A DNA stretch of 64,000 bases from Vicugna vicugna (taxonomy: Eukaryota). The DNA is taken from assembly GCA_013265495.1 (NCBI GenBank), contig MU058636.1:1364001-1428000 (forward strand), in the 5' to 3' direction. Within the stretch, counting starts at the first letter, position 1. The number at the start of each line of letters is the position of its first letter. Positions 16,101-30,279 of the stretch are shown here, piece by piece. A program made the translations under genes and the position numbers. The notes below the pieces were generated by a model. The model ran no database searches. It was not told where the DNA came from and saw only the letters and a program-made list of their open reading frames with translations.

Positions 16101-17783
16101 GTCTGACCGTCTCCTTCTGGTCCTTCAGCTGATTTTCCTATTTCCTTTTCAGCAATGATTGTACGCTTCCTGACCAAGAGATTTATTGGCGATTATGAAC
16201 CGAATACAGGTTAGATTTATTTCGTGCTGTTGGGGCTGAATGCTCTGATTTTCTTTTTCCTGATGAGAGTGTGAGAATTAAAAAACCAAGCTCTCCTTCA
16301 TTCTCCAGGCAAGTTGTACTCGCGGCTTGTCTACGTGGAGGGAGACCAGCTCTCCTTGCAGATCCAGGACACCCCCGGGGGCATCCAGGTAAGGACTGCC
16401 AGGAGCAAACGGTGCACCTGCTTCCAGACGTCTAAGCACGCTGTCATGATTTAGATGGAGGAGTGGGCTGTCCCCAGGTGGGGCCAGTCCTTGGGTGTTA
16501 GAAATTCTTCACGATGGGGGCGGGGAGCGTGGATGGTTAGAGGCAGCCTCCTACTGTCGACACCTCGGAAACAGGGAGAGACGCTTAGTGTCTCTTTGCA
16601 GCCCTGGTCAGGGCATCATTGGTTAGATGGGTCTCTTCACTGCGATTGCAGCTCAGCCTTGGAACCCTTAACAAATCTATCGGGGTGCGATTCTGGAGAG
16701 GGTCTCCTCCCCTAGCAAGGACTGCTGAAGTGCTCCTATTTCTAGCTGTTCCCTCCACAGTAATTGCAATCAGATTAACCCCTTAGCAAGCAGTGGGGAA
16801 TGTAACTTGATTAACAAGTTACTAATTGCTCTCCCTTCTTGGGGCAAAAGGTCTTGTGGTAGCACAGAAGGAAAGAATTTGTTTCTGTAACATTCTCAAG
16901 AAAGGCAAGCTAAAAATATTTTTATGGGTTTGGGAAGAAATATTTATCTTGGCTAATTTTCAAAGTTTTGTTTATCCCGAGTTAGTTCCCAAAAAATTGC
17001 GCCATCCTGATTTCGGAAGTTCTCACTGAAGTCATTCCTCAGTCAGTCCACCACCGATCATCACAGACCACCTGCCAAGCAAGGGGTTTAAAAATAATCC
17101 ACTGGTAACAGCTAATAAAATAACCCAGGCAAGGAGCTCGCCTGAGAATCTGATCTTTCCATATCAAAAGCCTCCTTGTGCAGAAGCTGGGTGGAATCTG
17201 AAGACTATATTTAGAGGTTTCTTTTTCGAACGTTTTTTCCAGGGTTGCTTTGATGGTCTTTCCAGTCTCTCCTACTGAGGGCTTCCTTGATCCAGGCTCA
17301 TTTCACTCTTTTCAGGTCCAAGACAGCCTCACCCAGGCTGTTGACTCCCTGTCCAAGTGCGTGCAGTGGGCCGAGGGCTTCCTGCTGGTCTATTCTATCA
17401 CAGACTATGACAGCTACCTGTCCATCCGCCCCCTGTACCAGCACATCCGCAAGATCCACCCCGACTCTAAGGCCCCGGTCATCATCGTGGGCAACAAGGG
17501 GGACCTCCTGCATGCCCGGCAGGTGCAGACATGTGATGGCGTTCGGCTGGCCAACGAGCTGGGCAGTCTGTTCCTGGAAATTTCCACCAGTGAAAACTAT
17601 GAGGACGTCTGTGATGTGTTTCAGCATCTTTGCAAAGAAGTGAGCAAGTTGCACAACCTCTGCGGGGACAGGAGAAGAGCCTCCATCATCCCCCGGCCAC
17701 GCTCTCCCAACATGCAGGACCTGAAAAGGCGCTTCAAGCAAGTTCTGTCTTCCAAGACCAAAGCCCCCTCTGCCCTGGGATAG
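15665..17783 (+). CDS. RASL11A: Ras-like protein family member 11A, 242 aa; coding exons 15665-15788, 16153-16209, 16309-16388, 17316-17783
   Basis: GT-AG introns; 124+57+80+468 = 729 nt. P-loop GAGRVGKS, G2 YEPNT, G3 DTPGG, G4 NKGD, G5 EISTS. C-terminal PRSPNMQDLKRRFKQ motif, no CAAX. Syntenic with RPL21 as in other mammals. Confidence 0.97.
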
Positions 17784-17969
17784 ACCCATCTCCCATGGAC
17801 TCAGCTCCTTTATATCATGCATTTGTGCAGCTGAAAAGACTAGGGGTCGCCCTTTTTAATCACACATTCAGAGTTTATTTTTATACAGACTGTTGATTTT
17901 CAAGTGTATGTGTATTTCTGAAAATTCAAACAGTGATTGCCTAGAAGTTGGATAGTTTTTAGTTTTTTT

Positions 17970-17975
17970 AATAAA
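17970..17975 (+). terminator. Probable RASL11A polyadenylation signal AATAAA
   Basis: First AATAAA about 190 nt after the stop codon, in an AU-rich 3'UTR. Confidence 0.7.
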
Positions 17976-20900
17976 AAAAATTTTTTTTTACTGTAACTGC
18001 TAGCCACTTTTCCATTAAAGGCAAATGGCAACATTGCTCCTTGTTTTTAAATGTCTTTTTATAGAATTCATACTTGCATCAGAGCCCAGAAATGCTCCAA
18101 GCTTGAACTCTGATTGGTGGTTTGGCAAAGAGGGGCTGAGACAGTGGGAATCTGTCGTGGAAGAAAGGAAAGTCTGTAGAGAAGGAAAGGGACTTGAATA
18201 ACTGCAGGATGTCTTTAATTTGGGCACTTTGCCCCAGGTGTGAAATTGACACCATGTGATTTCAAGGGAAGGGGTTCACTGTGCACAGATGCCAAAAAAT
18301 TACAACATGAATAACATTATTATTTCTTGATGCAAATGGAAGTTTATCCTCCCCATGTCTATTAAAAAAAAAAAAGCGTCTTCTAGTATTCTTATTGTAA
18401 GTGCACCCTACCGGGACTTGCCTGAAAATTCTCCTTCCCTCTTTGTCTCCCTGACCCTCACCAATGGGGTACCTAATCTATCAATTCTCTCTTGTATTTT
18501 TCTCTAAATCATCACTTGGCCTTAATCCAAGCCTTTACAGCTCTTCCTGGGGCTGGCAGGCAATAGTGTGGATGAGACTCTGGTTTCTTGGCTCTGGCGG
18601 GGCACTCCCCTGATTCTTTCTTCATACCAGAACAACCTTACCAAAACCAACACTGACCATTTTATTTCCATGATTGAAAACATTCAGCTGGATTTCCCCT
18701 TATCTACTGGATAAAATATAAATGAGGCAGGGAGTCAAGATTTTTCGCCACCTCTCCAGCCTCATCATCCTCTCCTTCCAAAACACATGCGTGCTGTGCG
18801 TGCACACACGCACACGCACATGCAGACTCACACACAGCTGACTGTCCATTCCAACAGAATGTTCAGCATTTCTCACTACTCGTCAGGTACTTTGATGCCT
18901 CCCTGCCTTGGGGCAAACTACTTCCTGTGCTTTGAATATTTTGGTCTATTCTCCACCTACAGGATCCTTCAAGTCCCAAGTCACATGCTACACTCAGCTC
19001 CTGGGGCGCCTTCCCAGGGCGCCTCCATTCCTGTAGCATGTGTCATAACCCCACCTCTTCAGGGTGCAATATTTCGCCTCCATTGGATGGAGCGCTGCTT
19101 GAGGGCAGTAAGTACATTTTATGACTTTGTTTTCCAAGCCTTTAGCACAGTGCTTGCACAGAGACTGGTAGGTTTTTGGTAAATATTAGATGAATAAATG
19201 AGTGAATACATTGTTTTGGGTGCCAAGGGTCAATAATGCCAGATTACAGTGAAGCAACTTGTCACTTCTGCAGAATGAGGACAGGTGTTCTGAGTAGTTG
19301 AAGGCTCTGGATTTGCAGAGACAGAGAGGAAATGACACATGTGCAGCCTCTGGCCACTGCAGACCGTTGTCCTCACCTATGTCCAGACCTGTGATGTTAA
19401 CACTCTTCTCTGTCATTGGGGGTGTCTGCTTATGTAAAATGCTGTGAGAAACTAGGAACGCTAGGTAATTCACATCTAATGGAGTGTTCAGATAGGGAAA
19501 ATAATGTTTTGAATTCTGTTTTCTTCTAAAAAGTGTCTAATTCTCCTTGTTCTTTGCAAACCCTCTGCAAGAAAGGGGTTCTTTCTGTCATCAGCCATTC
19601 CTGCTTCCTTCCACTCGTCTTAACATCGCGGCATGGATGCAAGAACAAGTCACACTCCCGACAGTCCACGGCGTGCCTATTGGATGGGTGCCGGGGCCTC
19701 TTCTGCCTTCAAGTAGCTGAGATCAAAACCCCACAGGAAGAAGGTAAATCATAAAGTAAAAGCTGGAGAACGATACAGGAGTTGTCCCAGCGCGTTCTGC
19801 GATCAAGTCCACGTGAGCAAGCTTGAGGACAGAAAGTGCCCTTCAGCTCTCCAGGGCCCAGCACAGTGTGGACCAGAGGGACAAAAAGATGAGCCACGGG
19901 GCAGTTCCAGAGGGAGTAACCACCTCGGGGGCTCAGGCAGGCGGGATGGCCAAGTGGAAGGCGCTCCTGTCCTCAGCATCGCAAATAACTGGCCTCCAGG
20001 GATGCATAGCTTCCTTTATCCTCTGGTCCCCAGAACCGGCCTCGCACAGGTCCTGGGCTCCTGGTCTTGGAGAGAGTTCAGGGTCTCTTTCCCAGCCCTC
20101 CTGATGGCAGCGGGGTCTCTCGAGGTTCTGGTGCTTGGAGAACATCTAGAAGCTTCCTGAGCCAGTAGCCCTGGAGATGGCAGAGGGAACAGGGTGTTGT
20201 CTGGAGGAGGTTGGCTGGAGGTGGGGGGCATTATCATATTTCTGTGTAGGGACGTGGATCTGAGGATTTGGGCTTGACTGGGTGCCAAGGAAGCCTTAGA
20301 GAGGAAGCTGGGATCTGAGCCAGGATCCTCTTCCCTCGGAAATGGGAAGGGCAGAGCTGTGGGAGCCTGGATGTCATTATATTGCTGAAGGGGGCGGAAC
20401 TCCTGAAACACTATGCAGAGCATGGAAAACTCAGGTGGCTGTGGACAGGACAGTCTATGCATTTTTCCCTGGTAGCTTTGCCTTATCTCCGAGATGTCAT
20501 CATCAACAGGGGTGGTCACCTCCATCCTTACCTGGGAGGAGGAGCTATAGCACCCCTGGTCCATCTTCACCCTCTCCCCCACTCTTGCTCTGTCTTAAAA
20601 TCCCTGCGTCTTTCTTTCCACCACCCATCCTTCTTATGGTCAAGACTCAGCTTTAACTCTGCCCTTAAACTGCAGAATGACTTAATTAATGTGTCTATCA
20701 GTGAGGTTCTGGAGAAGTGGACCATTTCCAAATGGCTCAGTTATACATGCTGCAAACATTCCATACTCCACATGTGACTTGTGAAGAGCAAACTCAAATG
20801 ATGGAAAAATAAATCAATTATAACAGAAGAAAACAAATATGTTTTGCTCGCGTTGAGGTGAAGGGCACAACGGAAGTTCTAAAGTTCATTAAGATCCATC

Positions 20901-22361
20901 TGGAGAAATGGATTAAAATAAATAGCTGTGGAAGGCAGAAGTGAAGAAAACAGCAAATAGGAAAGACTAGATGACACTTCAGTCATGGGTGTGGGGCTCA
21001 AATAGCTTTTTTACCCTCGTATGTGTTGCAATTTCACTTCTCATTGTGCAAAGTTACCAACTCAAATTAACAGTGTGAAAACACTTTGTGTGATTAGTAA
21101 TTTACTCTTACCATTTGATCTGTCTCCAAAAGGTGGAATATTTTGAAAGACTTTGTTAAAATTCATCTCAGGCTACTTTGACGCTCAATGAGAAAGATAC
21201 GGTATAGAGGGAAACACAACAATTATTTTCCAAACACCATCAAGTTAGCCAGGACTCAAGGAGAGTTAATGATGGAAGTCATGATTAGGTGGTGACAGCA
21301 GACAGTTCCAGCACAGAGTAGAAATTTGTGGATCCCAGACGGAATGTAGTCGTCCCTCATGTTTGGCTGCCCCTGGGTACCTCTGGCCCAGGAGAAAGTC
21401 AGCTTTGTTAGAGCAGGGCAGGTCTTCACCCAGGCCAGCTCCGCAGCACCGGTGAGGGTGTCCTGTGCATGACAGGACCCTCAGAGGATATTCTGGCCTC
21501 CCTCTGCCAAGCGGTCAGGGGTGGCTCCTTCCCTCTTCCTGAATGCGAAAGAGAACGTTATCCAGAGCAGGGCAACCTGAACTACACAGGTATTGTAGCC
21601 TTCGATTTCCCTCATCTCTTTATGAAGACCATCGTGACCGCGTGGTTTCAAACCGCCCTGACGGAGAGCCTGCCTTCAGGCAAAGCCCTGTGCTGACTGA
21701 TGGGTGTTGTGTGGGAAGGGCATTCCGTCTGTGGGAACTCAGTCCCCTGGGGGTTCCAGGGACCCAGCCTTGAGGGTGGGACTCTGGGGGGTGAAAGGTG
21801 AAGTAAGATGCTGTGCCAAATGCGAGGGTGTTGACAAAATTAGCGAAGAGTGCAGATCACTGAGCTGAGCGGAGCGGAGGCAAGCACCCTCAGGAGTGAG
21901 CAAGAAAATGACATTGCTTCCTTTGCAAACTGTAAAGCATTATTTCCTTTGAGCATTGTTTTATGTTCAGTTGAGGGCTAACGAGTTCAAGTTGTAGAAC
22001 ACTGCCATTTCTCATTGGCATTCTCTCATTAAATTAGAAGAACATTGTTAACTGCAAGACTTTCTTATATAAACAGACTTTGCCTGGAAACACTAACATG
22101 GATTTATAACTCTGGAAAAATTGGGAAGATGCAGGCTCCCCTGCCAACGAACAGTTCCTAATCAGCTTTACGGAGGCAGCACAGGCGGGTTCCAGAGTGA
22201 GTTCAGGTTCAAATCCTGCTTTATCCCTGATGACATGTGACCTTTAGCAAAGTGAAATGTAAGTTTCCTTAACTTAGAATGGAGGTAATACTACCCATCA
22301 GGCAGAATTGTTTGCAAAGCCTGACACATATAAGGTTCTCACCTGTATCTGTCTTATTATA

Positions 22362-22479
22362 TTTTGAGGGGGGTGGTAATTAGGCATACTTATTTATTTT
22401 TAGCAGACGTGCTGGGGCTTGAACCCAGGACCTCGTGCATGCTGAGCGTGCACTCTGCCACTTGATCTAAAAGTTCCCT
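22362..22479 (-). mobile_element. tRNA-derived SINE (camelid Vic-1-like)
   Basis: GGGGGGTGGTAATTAGG...GGGGCTTGAACCCAGGACCTCGTGCATGCTGAGC. The minus strand carries a B box (GGTTCAAGCCC). A second copy lies at 51688-51803. Confidence 0.75.
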
Positions 22480-23487
22480 CACTCGTTATTTTTTTTTTTT
22501 TTGAAGGTCCCTTGTTACATTATGAAGCTGTTCTAGTGAAAAGAGTGCTTCTTGAGCTGGCTTGTATGCTCTAAAAGATAGAGTAGCTGTTTTGAAAGAT
22601 GTGATTCCCCCCCATTTCACATATGAGAAAAGGAGGTTTGCAGGGGAGCCTTCAGTAACAATACCTAGCAATGATCGATCCTTTACCACGTGCTGGGCGC
22701 CTTAATTGTCTCCATGATCCTTTGGGTAGAATTGATATCACATCAGTCAGATGAGGAGACTGAGGCTCAGAGAGGAGCCAGGGACCTGGGAGGCCTGCTC
22801 CACGGAAGGAAGCCTCCCCTCCCTTCAGGGCTGCTTCCCTGGCCAGGCCCTTGGGGTTGCCAGCACCTAGGGCCGGACTCCCAGGGATTCTGTTGCTACA
22901 TACTTGAGTCCTGGGAGAGGAATTTGCACTTTAACGAGCCTCCAGAGAGGCACTGAGGCTGGCTGTCTCCTTTCTGGAGTCACCCCAGGCTTCCTGTTTA
23001 CCGAGGGAAGTCGGACTTGAAGGGGGGTGGCAGGTAATGCCCACGAGGAGCGGGCGGGAGCCCCGGCGTCCGGCCTGGTGCTGTGGCTGGCGTGGCTGGT
23101 GGGGCTTCATCCGGCCCTCAGCACCAGCTGGTGGGCCCACCCTTTTCCCTGAGGGCTCCCTCCCGGAGTCACGGCTTTGAAAGCCATCGTGGGGTTGGGG
23201 CAGGGGGTGCGGAGACGGGGTGATGGGCATTACTGACATCCAGGGACCCTGGGGACACCCTGCTGGCCGCTACATTCTCTCCTCAAACTCGTCTCTGACC
23301 AGCACCTGGAGGAGCAGCAGCCCTTCTGGACGGAGGAGGTTAGCACCTTGCAGGGGAGGAGGAGGGAGGGTGAAGGTCACCTCCCAGGGGTCTGTGGGAG
23401 TGAATGGCTCACCGCAGATGGGAAGAGGCCAGGAGCAAGAATTCACAATGCACACTAGGGGTTGAAATGCCTCTCCACCCCAACTCA

Positions 23488-23529
<42 letters not shown>

Positions 23530-23540
23530 TTGTATGTGTG
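23488..23540. repeat. (TG)n microsatellite
   Basis: Direct reading; interrupted TG run. Confidence 0.95.
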
Positions 23541-23778
23541 TACTTGTGGTGCCTGAGCGAGGGGTGGTGGGCAAGAGAAAGGGAACAAGTTCAGGGTTTA
23601 AAAAGGAAGACCAATGAATTTTTCCAGATGGGGAAAATATGAGGATGCTGCCTCAATGAGGGGCCCTTGGGGGGGGCTCTGTGCTGGTTACGTCATTTGT
23701 AACATAATAATAAAACCGATGACAACAACAATTCGCTACTATAATTACTGAATATGCACTAGTGTTCCCTGTGTTACA

Positions 23779-24271
23779 GTGTGTTACAGAGTTCTCCAGA
23801 GAAACAGAACCAACAGGACATATTTATTTGTTTATTTATTTATTCATTACAAGAATTGGCTCGCATGGTAAAGGAGGCTGAGAAGTCCCAAGATCTGCCA
23901 TCAGCAAACTGGAGATCCACGTGTGCTGATGGTGTGGTCCAGTCTGAAAGCTGACAGTCTTGAGATCCAGGAGCAAGTGTGTCAGTTTGAGCCTAGAGTC
24001 AGGAAAAGATGGATGTCTTAGCTCCAGGCAGTCAGGCTGGAGGACTTCCCTCTTACTCAAGGAGGGGTCCACCTTTCTAGTCTATTCAAGCCTTTGACTG
24101 ATTGCATGAGACCCATCACATCAGGGAGGGCAATCTGCTCCACTCAATTTACTGATTCAAATGTCAATCTCATGTAGAAACTCCCTCCCAGACATACCTA
24201 GAATCATGCTTGACCAGATATCTGGGTGCCCCAGGGCCTAGTCAAGTTGACCCATAAACTTAGCCATCACA
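23779..24271. mobile_element. ERVL MLT2-type solo LTR
   Basis: GAGTTCTCCAGAGAAACAGAACCAACAGGA start, GGAGGCTGAGAAGTCCCAAGATCTGC, and end GTCAAGTTGACCCATAAACTTAGCCATCACA resemble the MLT2 consensus. Confidence 0.8.
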
Positions 24272-25052
24272 TACCATAAGTTTTAGGTGCACTCATTTAA
24301 TCCTACCAAGAAGTCTGTTCAGTAGCTTATTATCATCACTGTTTGACAGATGAGGAAAATGAGGCTCAAAGAGGTTCATTAACTTTCTCATAATGTTTTG
24401 GTTGGTAAAGTGGCACAGCTAAGATTGAGGCCCAAGACTTGCTGATTTGAGAACCACTGTGCTGTATTGATCCCACTGCGTGCACCCTCGCAGGTCATCT
24501 GGAAGCTGCTACCATTCTCCCAAGGAAGCATTTTGACCTTGAATATTGACTGGTATATCCGGCAAGCCTTTCATTTATAAGCAATAGAAAAGACTCTGGC
24601 TGATTAAGTAAAAAAATGGGTTTTCTTATAAGATTTTTGAGTAACACACAGAATCGCTAGGTAAATTAGAGAACCACATCTGGGGCAGTGCAGCTACAAG
24701 GGAGGCTCAGAAACCACACACCTGGCACTTCCGGCACCTGCTGTGGTAGGTGGTCCCCACTGCCACCCAGACCTACTAGGCGAGGGCTCACGCCAGAGGC
24801 TGGAAGGGGGTTCTGAGACCCAGCAGACAGAACAATTGGCAAAGGCCACCACTCACATTTAATGATGACAGAGTGATGCAGAGGGGCTCCTACATTCAAA
24901 GGTCAACATGACAAGGGCAAAGGCCAGGCCTCGGTGTGTCCTGGGGCTCCTTAGATACGCAACCCTAAGAATCAATATGTATCTGACCCTGGAGAAGCTG
25001 GGGCACTAAGACATTAAGTAAACACCCAAATTCTGTTTGTAAAGAGAGTTAG

Positions 25053-25508
25053 TGCTATGGGTTGAGTTGTGTTCCTCCAAAAAACGGTATGTGGACGCCT
25101 AACTCCCAGAACCTCAGTGTGACCTTATTTGGAAACAGGGTCTTTACAGAGATAATTGAATTCAGATGAGGTCATTGGGGTGAGCCCTATTCTGGTACAA
25201 CCATGTTCTGATGCAAAGGGGAAGTCTGGGCACAGAGGCAGGCAGGCATGGTGGGAAGGCGGTGGGAAGAGACAAGGGGAGAAAGACACGTGAAGATGGA
25301 GGCAGAGATGGGGGGACAGACCTGCAAGCCAAGGAACCACAGAAGCTGGAGGGACACCTAGGACAGATCCCTCTGCAGAACCTGCAGGGGCGCTTTGGCC
25401 CAGCCGTCAACTCGATCTCACACCTTAGCCTCCTGAATAGGGAGACGATGCACTTCTGTTGTGTAATCCCCCTGGTTGTGGTGCTGTGTTACCCGAGTTG
25501 GTAAACAG
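25053..25508 (+). mobile_element. MaLR (MLT1A-D type) solo LTR
   Basis: TGCTATGGGTTGAGTTGTG...GTGACCTTATTTGGAAACAGGGTCTTTACAGAGATAATT is a diagnostic MLT1 5' end. Confidence 0.8.
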
Positions 25509-25624
25509 CTGAGCCCACTTTCAAGCTGAATCTCTTTGCACCTAAAGCTGGGGCTCTCCCCACCGCACACCTTGCTGCCCAGCGTGGCAGGCAAGAAGGA
25601 AATGCGACTCTGGATTCCATTCTT

Positions 25625-26617
25625 TTTTTTTAATTTAATTTTTTATTGAAGTGTGGTTGATTTACAATGTTAGTTTCAGGTATAGAGCAAACTTGTTCAG
25701 TTATACATATGTATATACATATACATATATATATATTTCAGATTATTTTCCATTATGTCATTACAAGAAATTGAATATAGTTCCCTGTGCTATATAGTAG
25801 GTCCTTATTGTTTATCTATTTTATATAAAGTAATGTGAATCTGTTAATCCCAAACTCCTAATTTATCCCTCCCCTGCTCATTCTTCTTTGGTAACCATAG
25901 TTTATTTTCTCTGTCCGTGAGTCTATTTTTGGTTTGTAAATAAAATTCAAATTTTTTAAAGACTCCACATGTAACTAATATCAAATGACATTTGTCTTTG
26001 TCTGTCTGACTTACTGCACTTTATGTGATCATCTCTAGGTCCATCCATGTTGCTGCAAATGGCAGAATTTCATTCTTTTTATGGCTGAGTAGTATTCCAT
26101 TGTATAAATATACCACAACTTCTTTATCCAGTCATCTGTCAATGGACATTTAGGTTGCTTCCATGTCTTGGCTATTGTAAATAATGCTGCAATGAACATT
26201 GGGGTAAATATGTCTTTTTGAATTAGAGTGTTCTCTGGGTATATGCTCAGGAGTGGGATTGCTGGATCACATGGTAAGTTTATTTTTAGTTTTTTAAGGA
26301 ACCTCCATACTGTTTTCCATAATGGCTGTACCAAATTTACATTCCCACCAACAGTGTAGGAGGGGGCCGTTTTCTCCATACCCTCTCCAGCATTTTTTTT
26401 TTTGTAGACTTTTGAATGATGGCCATTCTGACTCATGTGAGGAGACACCTCACTGAAGTTTTGATTTGCATTTGTCTAATTAGTAATATTGAGCATCTTT
26501 CCCATGCTTGTTGGCCATCTGGATGTCTTCTTTGGAGAAATATCTGTTTAGGTCTTCTGCCCATTTTTGATTGGGTTGTTTGTTTTTGATATTGAGCTGT
26601 ATGAGCTACTTGTATGC
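25625..26617 (-). mobile_element. 5'-truncated L1 (ORF2 C-terminus + 3'UTR + polyA)
   Basis: Minus-strand peptide [15 protein letters not shown]...FTIAKTWKQPKCP...WYIYTMEYYSAIK. TSD ATTCCATTCTT at 25614-25624 and 26618-26628. Confidence 0.93.
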
Positions 26618-26989
26618 ATTCCATTCTTGAACTCTGTATTCGGATGTGGGTTTAGCAAACGGAAAGCCTTGAATGACAGCTGGCGGAGCCCATCCTTACT
26701 GAACACAAAGTGTCTCTGACAAGAAAGGCTGCTCTGGAAGATGGAATAGCCTTAACCACAAGGAGGCACCTGTGCCATTACCCAGAGTGCTGTTCACACC
26801 TGATGAGTCTGCTGATGTATCATCATTATTAAATCACACAGGTGACGACCTGAGTGATCCGACCCCACACCGAGAAGACTTGGTAAATCGATGGTTCAGG
26901 TCACGAGGCTCTTGGTAGAAAAAGCTGTCACTGAGTCTGGGAATGATTATCTTAATCCCCGCCTTCTCTTGCACGTGCCTGTTTTGTTG

Positions 26990-27500
26990 CTGTGACATCA
27001 ACCTCCAGTGCAGCCAGACACCTCCAAAGGGCCCACCTCTGTGCTAGTGAGACCCCCTAGCCGACCACTCAAGGCACGTTGTGGAGGGAGGGTTGCGTGT
27101 GAGCTTGTGGGAATCAGTCACCGGGGTGGAGTGTTGGAGAGGGTCATCAAGAAGATGTGACCGCTCGTTTGACCCGAGAGCTGGACCCGGGCCACTGGAG
27201 GTCCTTCACCCCATCCCCTGTCCTCTGCTTGCCCTCTCTGCTCCCAGAAACTGCCCAGGATGCAGCCCTGAGACAGTGACATGGTGTTGAGACCATCTGG
27301 ACTGAACAGTGTACATGACTGAACCCAGCTAAGGCTGCTATATAAACTTTTTTTTTAATATATAAACTTTTAAGATTCTGGAGGGTGGGGCAGAGATCTG
27401 CTCATCTCGCGGTGCCCAAGACAAGCCACGTAAGTAAGTCCCCTGCTTATTACACCTGCCACCTGCCAATCTGCAGTCTTTTGCCTCTGTCTTCTGATGT
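26990..27500 (+). mobile_element. Possible old LTR fragment
   Basis: TATA-like TATATAAA followed by R/U5-like composition; family not recognised with certainty. Confidence 0.3.
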
Positions 27501-30279
27501 CACCCAGCAAGCTCCCGAGGAGGTTTGCAGTGAAGAATATCTCACTGTGATTTTGACAAGGGTCTAGATAGGATCTGTTCTTTATGGCATTTTTCCCCTC
27601 AGGCAGAAGGTCCAGTCACATAATGTTATTCAACTATCGCGTCCTGTCTGTCTCCTTTAATCTAGCTCCAATATTCTTAGATGTTTTCCCTCTAAAGGCC
27701 AACATTTACTGGCAAAGGCACTTTAAGAAAATAGTACAATACTCTTCAAGTAGCATCTCAAAGGCTCACCACCACCTACCTGGACAGCATCACAGGTCTT
27801 CCTGACGAGGTGGTGCCTCACTCCTTCCTTTGGCACAAAGCAGACCTCTCTTTAATTTCATGCTTCAGCCAGGGGGAAAAAATGAACATTTTACGTTTCC
27901 CTTTACAGTTTTTTGGGTGCACTGAAAGCTCTGAGTAACATGAACAAGCAAGCAGGAGGCGTCTGACTGACAACTTTGCACAGAGAGGCTCTGGTTGCTT
28001 GGATGATTTGGTTGCATCAAACGGGACTTAGAGCAGCGGTCAGAACCCCTTAGTCCTCACAGCTCCCCAGGGAAGGGCCAATTTGGCAGCTATGAGCCCC
28101 TCTCTTCTTGGTCCCCATCCTCAGCACACTGTGGGAAGCCGATCTGCTCACCTGTGATTCTATTTTAGGGGCACTCGGAGGGGGCGGGGGCTTGCGTAGG
28201 CACTGACTTGGGTCTCCGAGGCCAGTCACAGGCCCCAGGGGCAGCTTCTCTCAGCTCCCAGCCGTCCGGGATTTGAAAAGAAGTATCTGTGTGAGCAACC
28301 ATACTCATCTTGTGAATGGTGTAAAATCCTTCAACTGGTGACAGATTCAGATGCTCAAAAATAGGCAGCCACATCACTGTCCTCACACTGCCATGCAGAG
28401 CCGAACGCCCACTGGGATGATGGGTCAGAGCTGCAGAACATTCCAGGCGGAAGAGCACTTGTGACGATTCCAGTCAGAGCGACCTGTCACCGTTCACTTC
28501 CTCCCACCTCCATCCTTTCCCAAGAAGGAAGGATGCTCTGCCTTCCTCTGGTTCCTCCGCCTGCTCCTTCATCTCTGCAGGGTGACTTCAAGCCTGTTGG
28601 AGGCAAAGGGCGGAGGCAAGGAGGGGGTCCTTCCTCTCCGGAGTCGGAGTCTTACCTTGACTGCAGTCCACATTCCTCAACACAATCCTCTCTTGGCTCC
28701 TACGAGAATTATCTACTCATCCACCTAAATGTGATTTGTCTGTCCTGTTCCCTGGCCTGTTTTCATGTGTTCCTTCCACCTGGAACTCCTTCTGTCCATC
28801 AAGGTCCCAGCCTGTCCGCAAGCGCAAACTCAAATTCCTCCCCCTCCCTGGAGCCTCCTCTGACCTCTCACCCCTCCACCGTGGGCACTGAGCGCGTAGT
28901 AGGTACTTGATCGCTACTTGCTGAGTGAGTGACTAAATGAGGAAAGGAGCAAACTGTTCATTCATTGTCTCTGTTGTTCTTAGTGACACGGGTTAGAGTC
29001 AGAACATTATGGCACAAGTGGGCTTGGGGGACACCCAGTCCGCAGGACAGCTGATGGTCATCAGAGGTCAGACTAAGTTAATTTGAATTTTACGTGATCT
29101 TCTCGTGTTTGCACTGGGAGGCTGGGTGCAGAGACGGGCTGCACGACGTCACCTGGCCCTGCTGCTCCTGTTTTACGCAGACAAGGACGTGATCTTGTTG
29201 ATGCCGAGTTTGTGCAGGAACCAGAAGTCTGATGTTTGTAAATATTCCTTTAAAGAGAAGCATTGAGGGTACAGATTGTTTGTATAAGTTCTTCCTGAAG
29301 AGTGTTGAGAGCCCAAGTGTCATGTGATTGTGGCCAAGGCAAAACCAAGCCGAGGCCTGGTGGGCCCCAGCTCCCTGGCTCCAGCTTAGCCTGTGCTATC
29401 ACCTTGTAGAGAAGGCCTGGCTTCCCTGCCACCTCCCCGCCTTGTCTCCCCCCACTCCCTCCCTTTCACGCAGCTCCAGGTCCTCCTTGCTGTTCTGGGC
29501 AATTGACAGACAGTCTCCCACATCAGGGCCTTTGCTGTAGCTGTTCCCTTGGCCTGAACACTCTTCCCGGTTAAATTTCACCTTCTCAGTGAGGCCCACC
29601 CTGATCACTCTACTCACCAGAATAAACTCTCTCCCCTCCTGGCACTGCTCTGGGGTCATGGACCTGCCGCCCACGTGGGCCATCTCTAGAAGCAAAAGGA
29701 GTTTCCCGTTGGTAACTGCCCTTGGCTTTGGTGTAGCTTTCTGGAGCCTTCACACATTTTTCATGGGTGCTACCTCATTCAGCCATCAAAGGAGCCCTGT
29801 GAATCAGGCAGAGTGAAGCAGTTCTTTCCACTTCTAGGAGGAAACTGAGGCTCAGAATGATTATGTGCTTTGCCCACATACCTAGGATGTGGTAGCAGGG
29901 ACCAGAGCCTTCTTTTAATCACCACCCTCACGCTCTCTCTCCACTTCGCCGCGCTGCCTTGTGCAAATGGTGAGAGCTTAGTGCCATCAGCGTTCTGTCA
30001 TCAGCACTAAGTTGGCTTATCTGGGGACATGACTTGATGATGATAGGAAACTCTTGTAGCATCTGCTGTACTAAAATGTAGCAGGTTTACATGCATGCTT
30101 GTATGTTGTATGGGACTAGGCACGGTTCTAAGTAATCTTTGTGTGTATTCATATTACCAGCTCTTTCAAGTTCAGCTCCAACAAGGGCTCTCCTGACCCA
30201 TGTCACTTGTGCCACTAGAACAAGACCAAAATCGGTTCAGAAGCAAAGGAAAGCTTTTTTCTTTGATTAAAGATTGGAC

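Noticed and set aside
15201..16132. Long overlapping ORFs (278, 167, 155 aa) at RASL11A
   Set aside because: Stop-poor GC-rich CpG island. Only 15665-15788 is coding; the rest is UTR or intron read-through.
17287..17896. Alternative-frame and antisense ORFs over RASL11A exon 4
   Set aside because: Shadow frames of a GC3-rich coding exon with no independent support.
22400..22479. tRNA-like A/B box sequence
   Set aside because: Head of a tRNA-derived SINE, not a cloverleaf tRNA gene.
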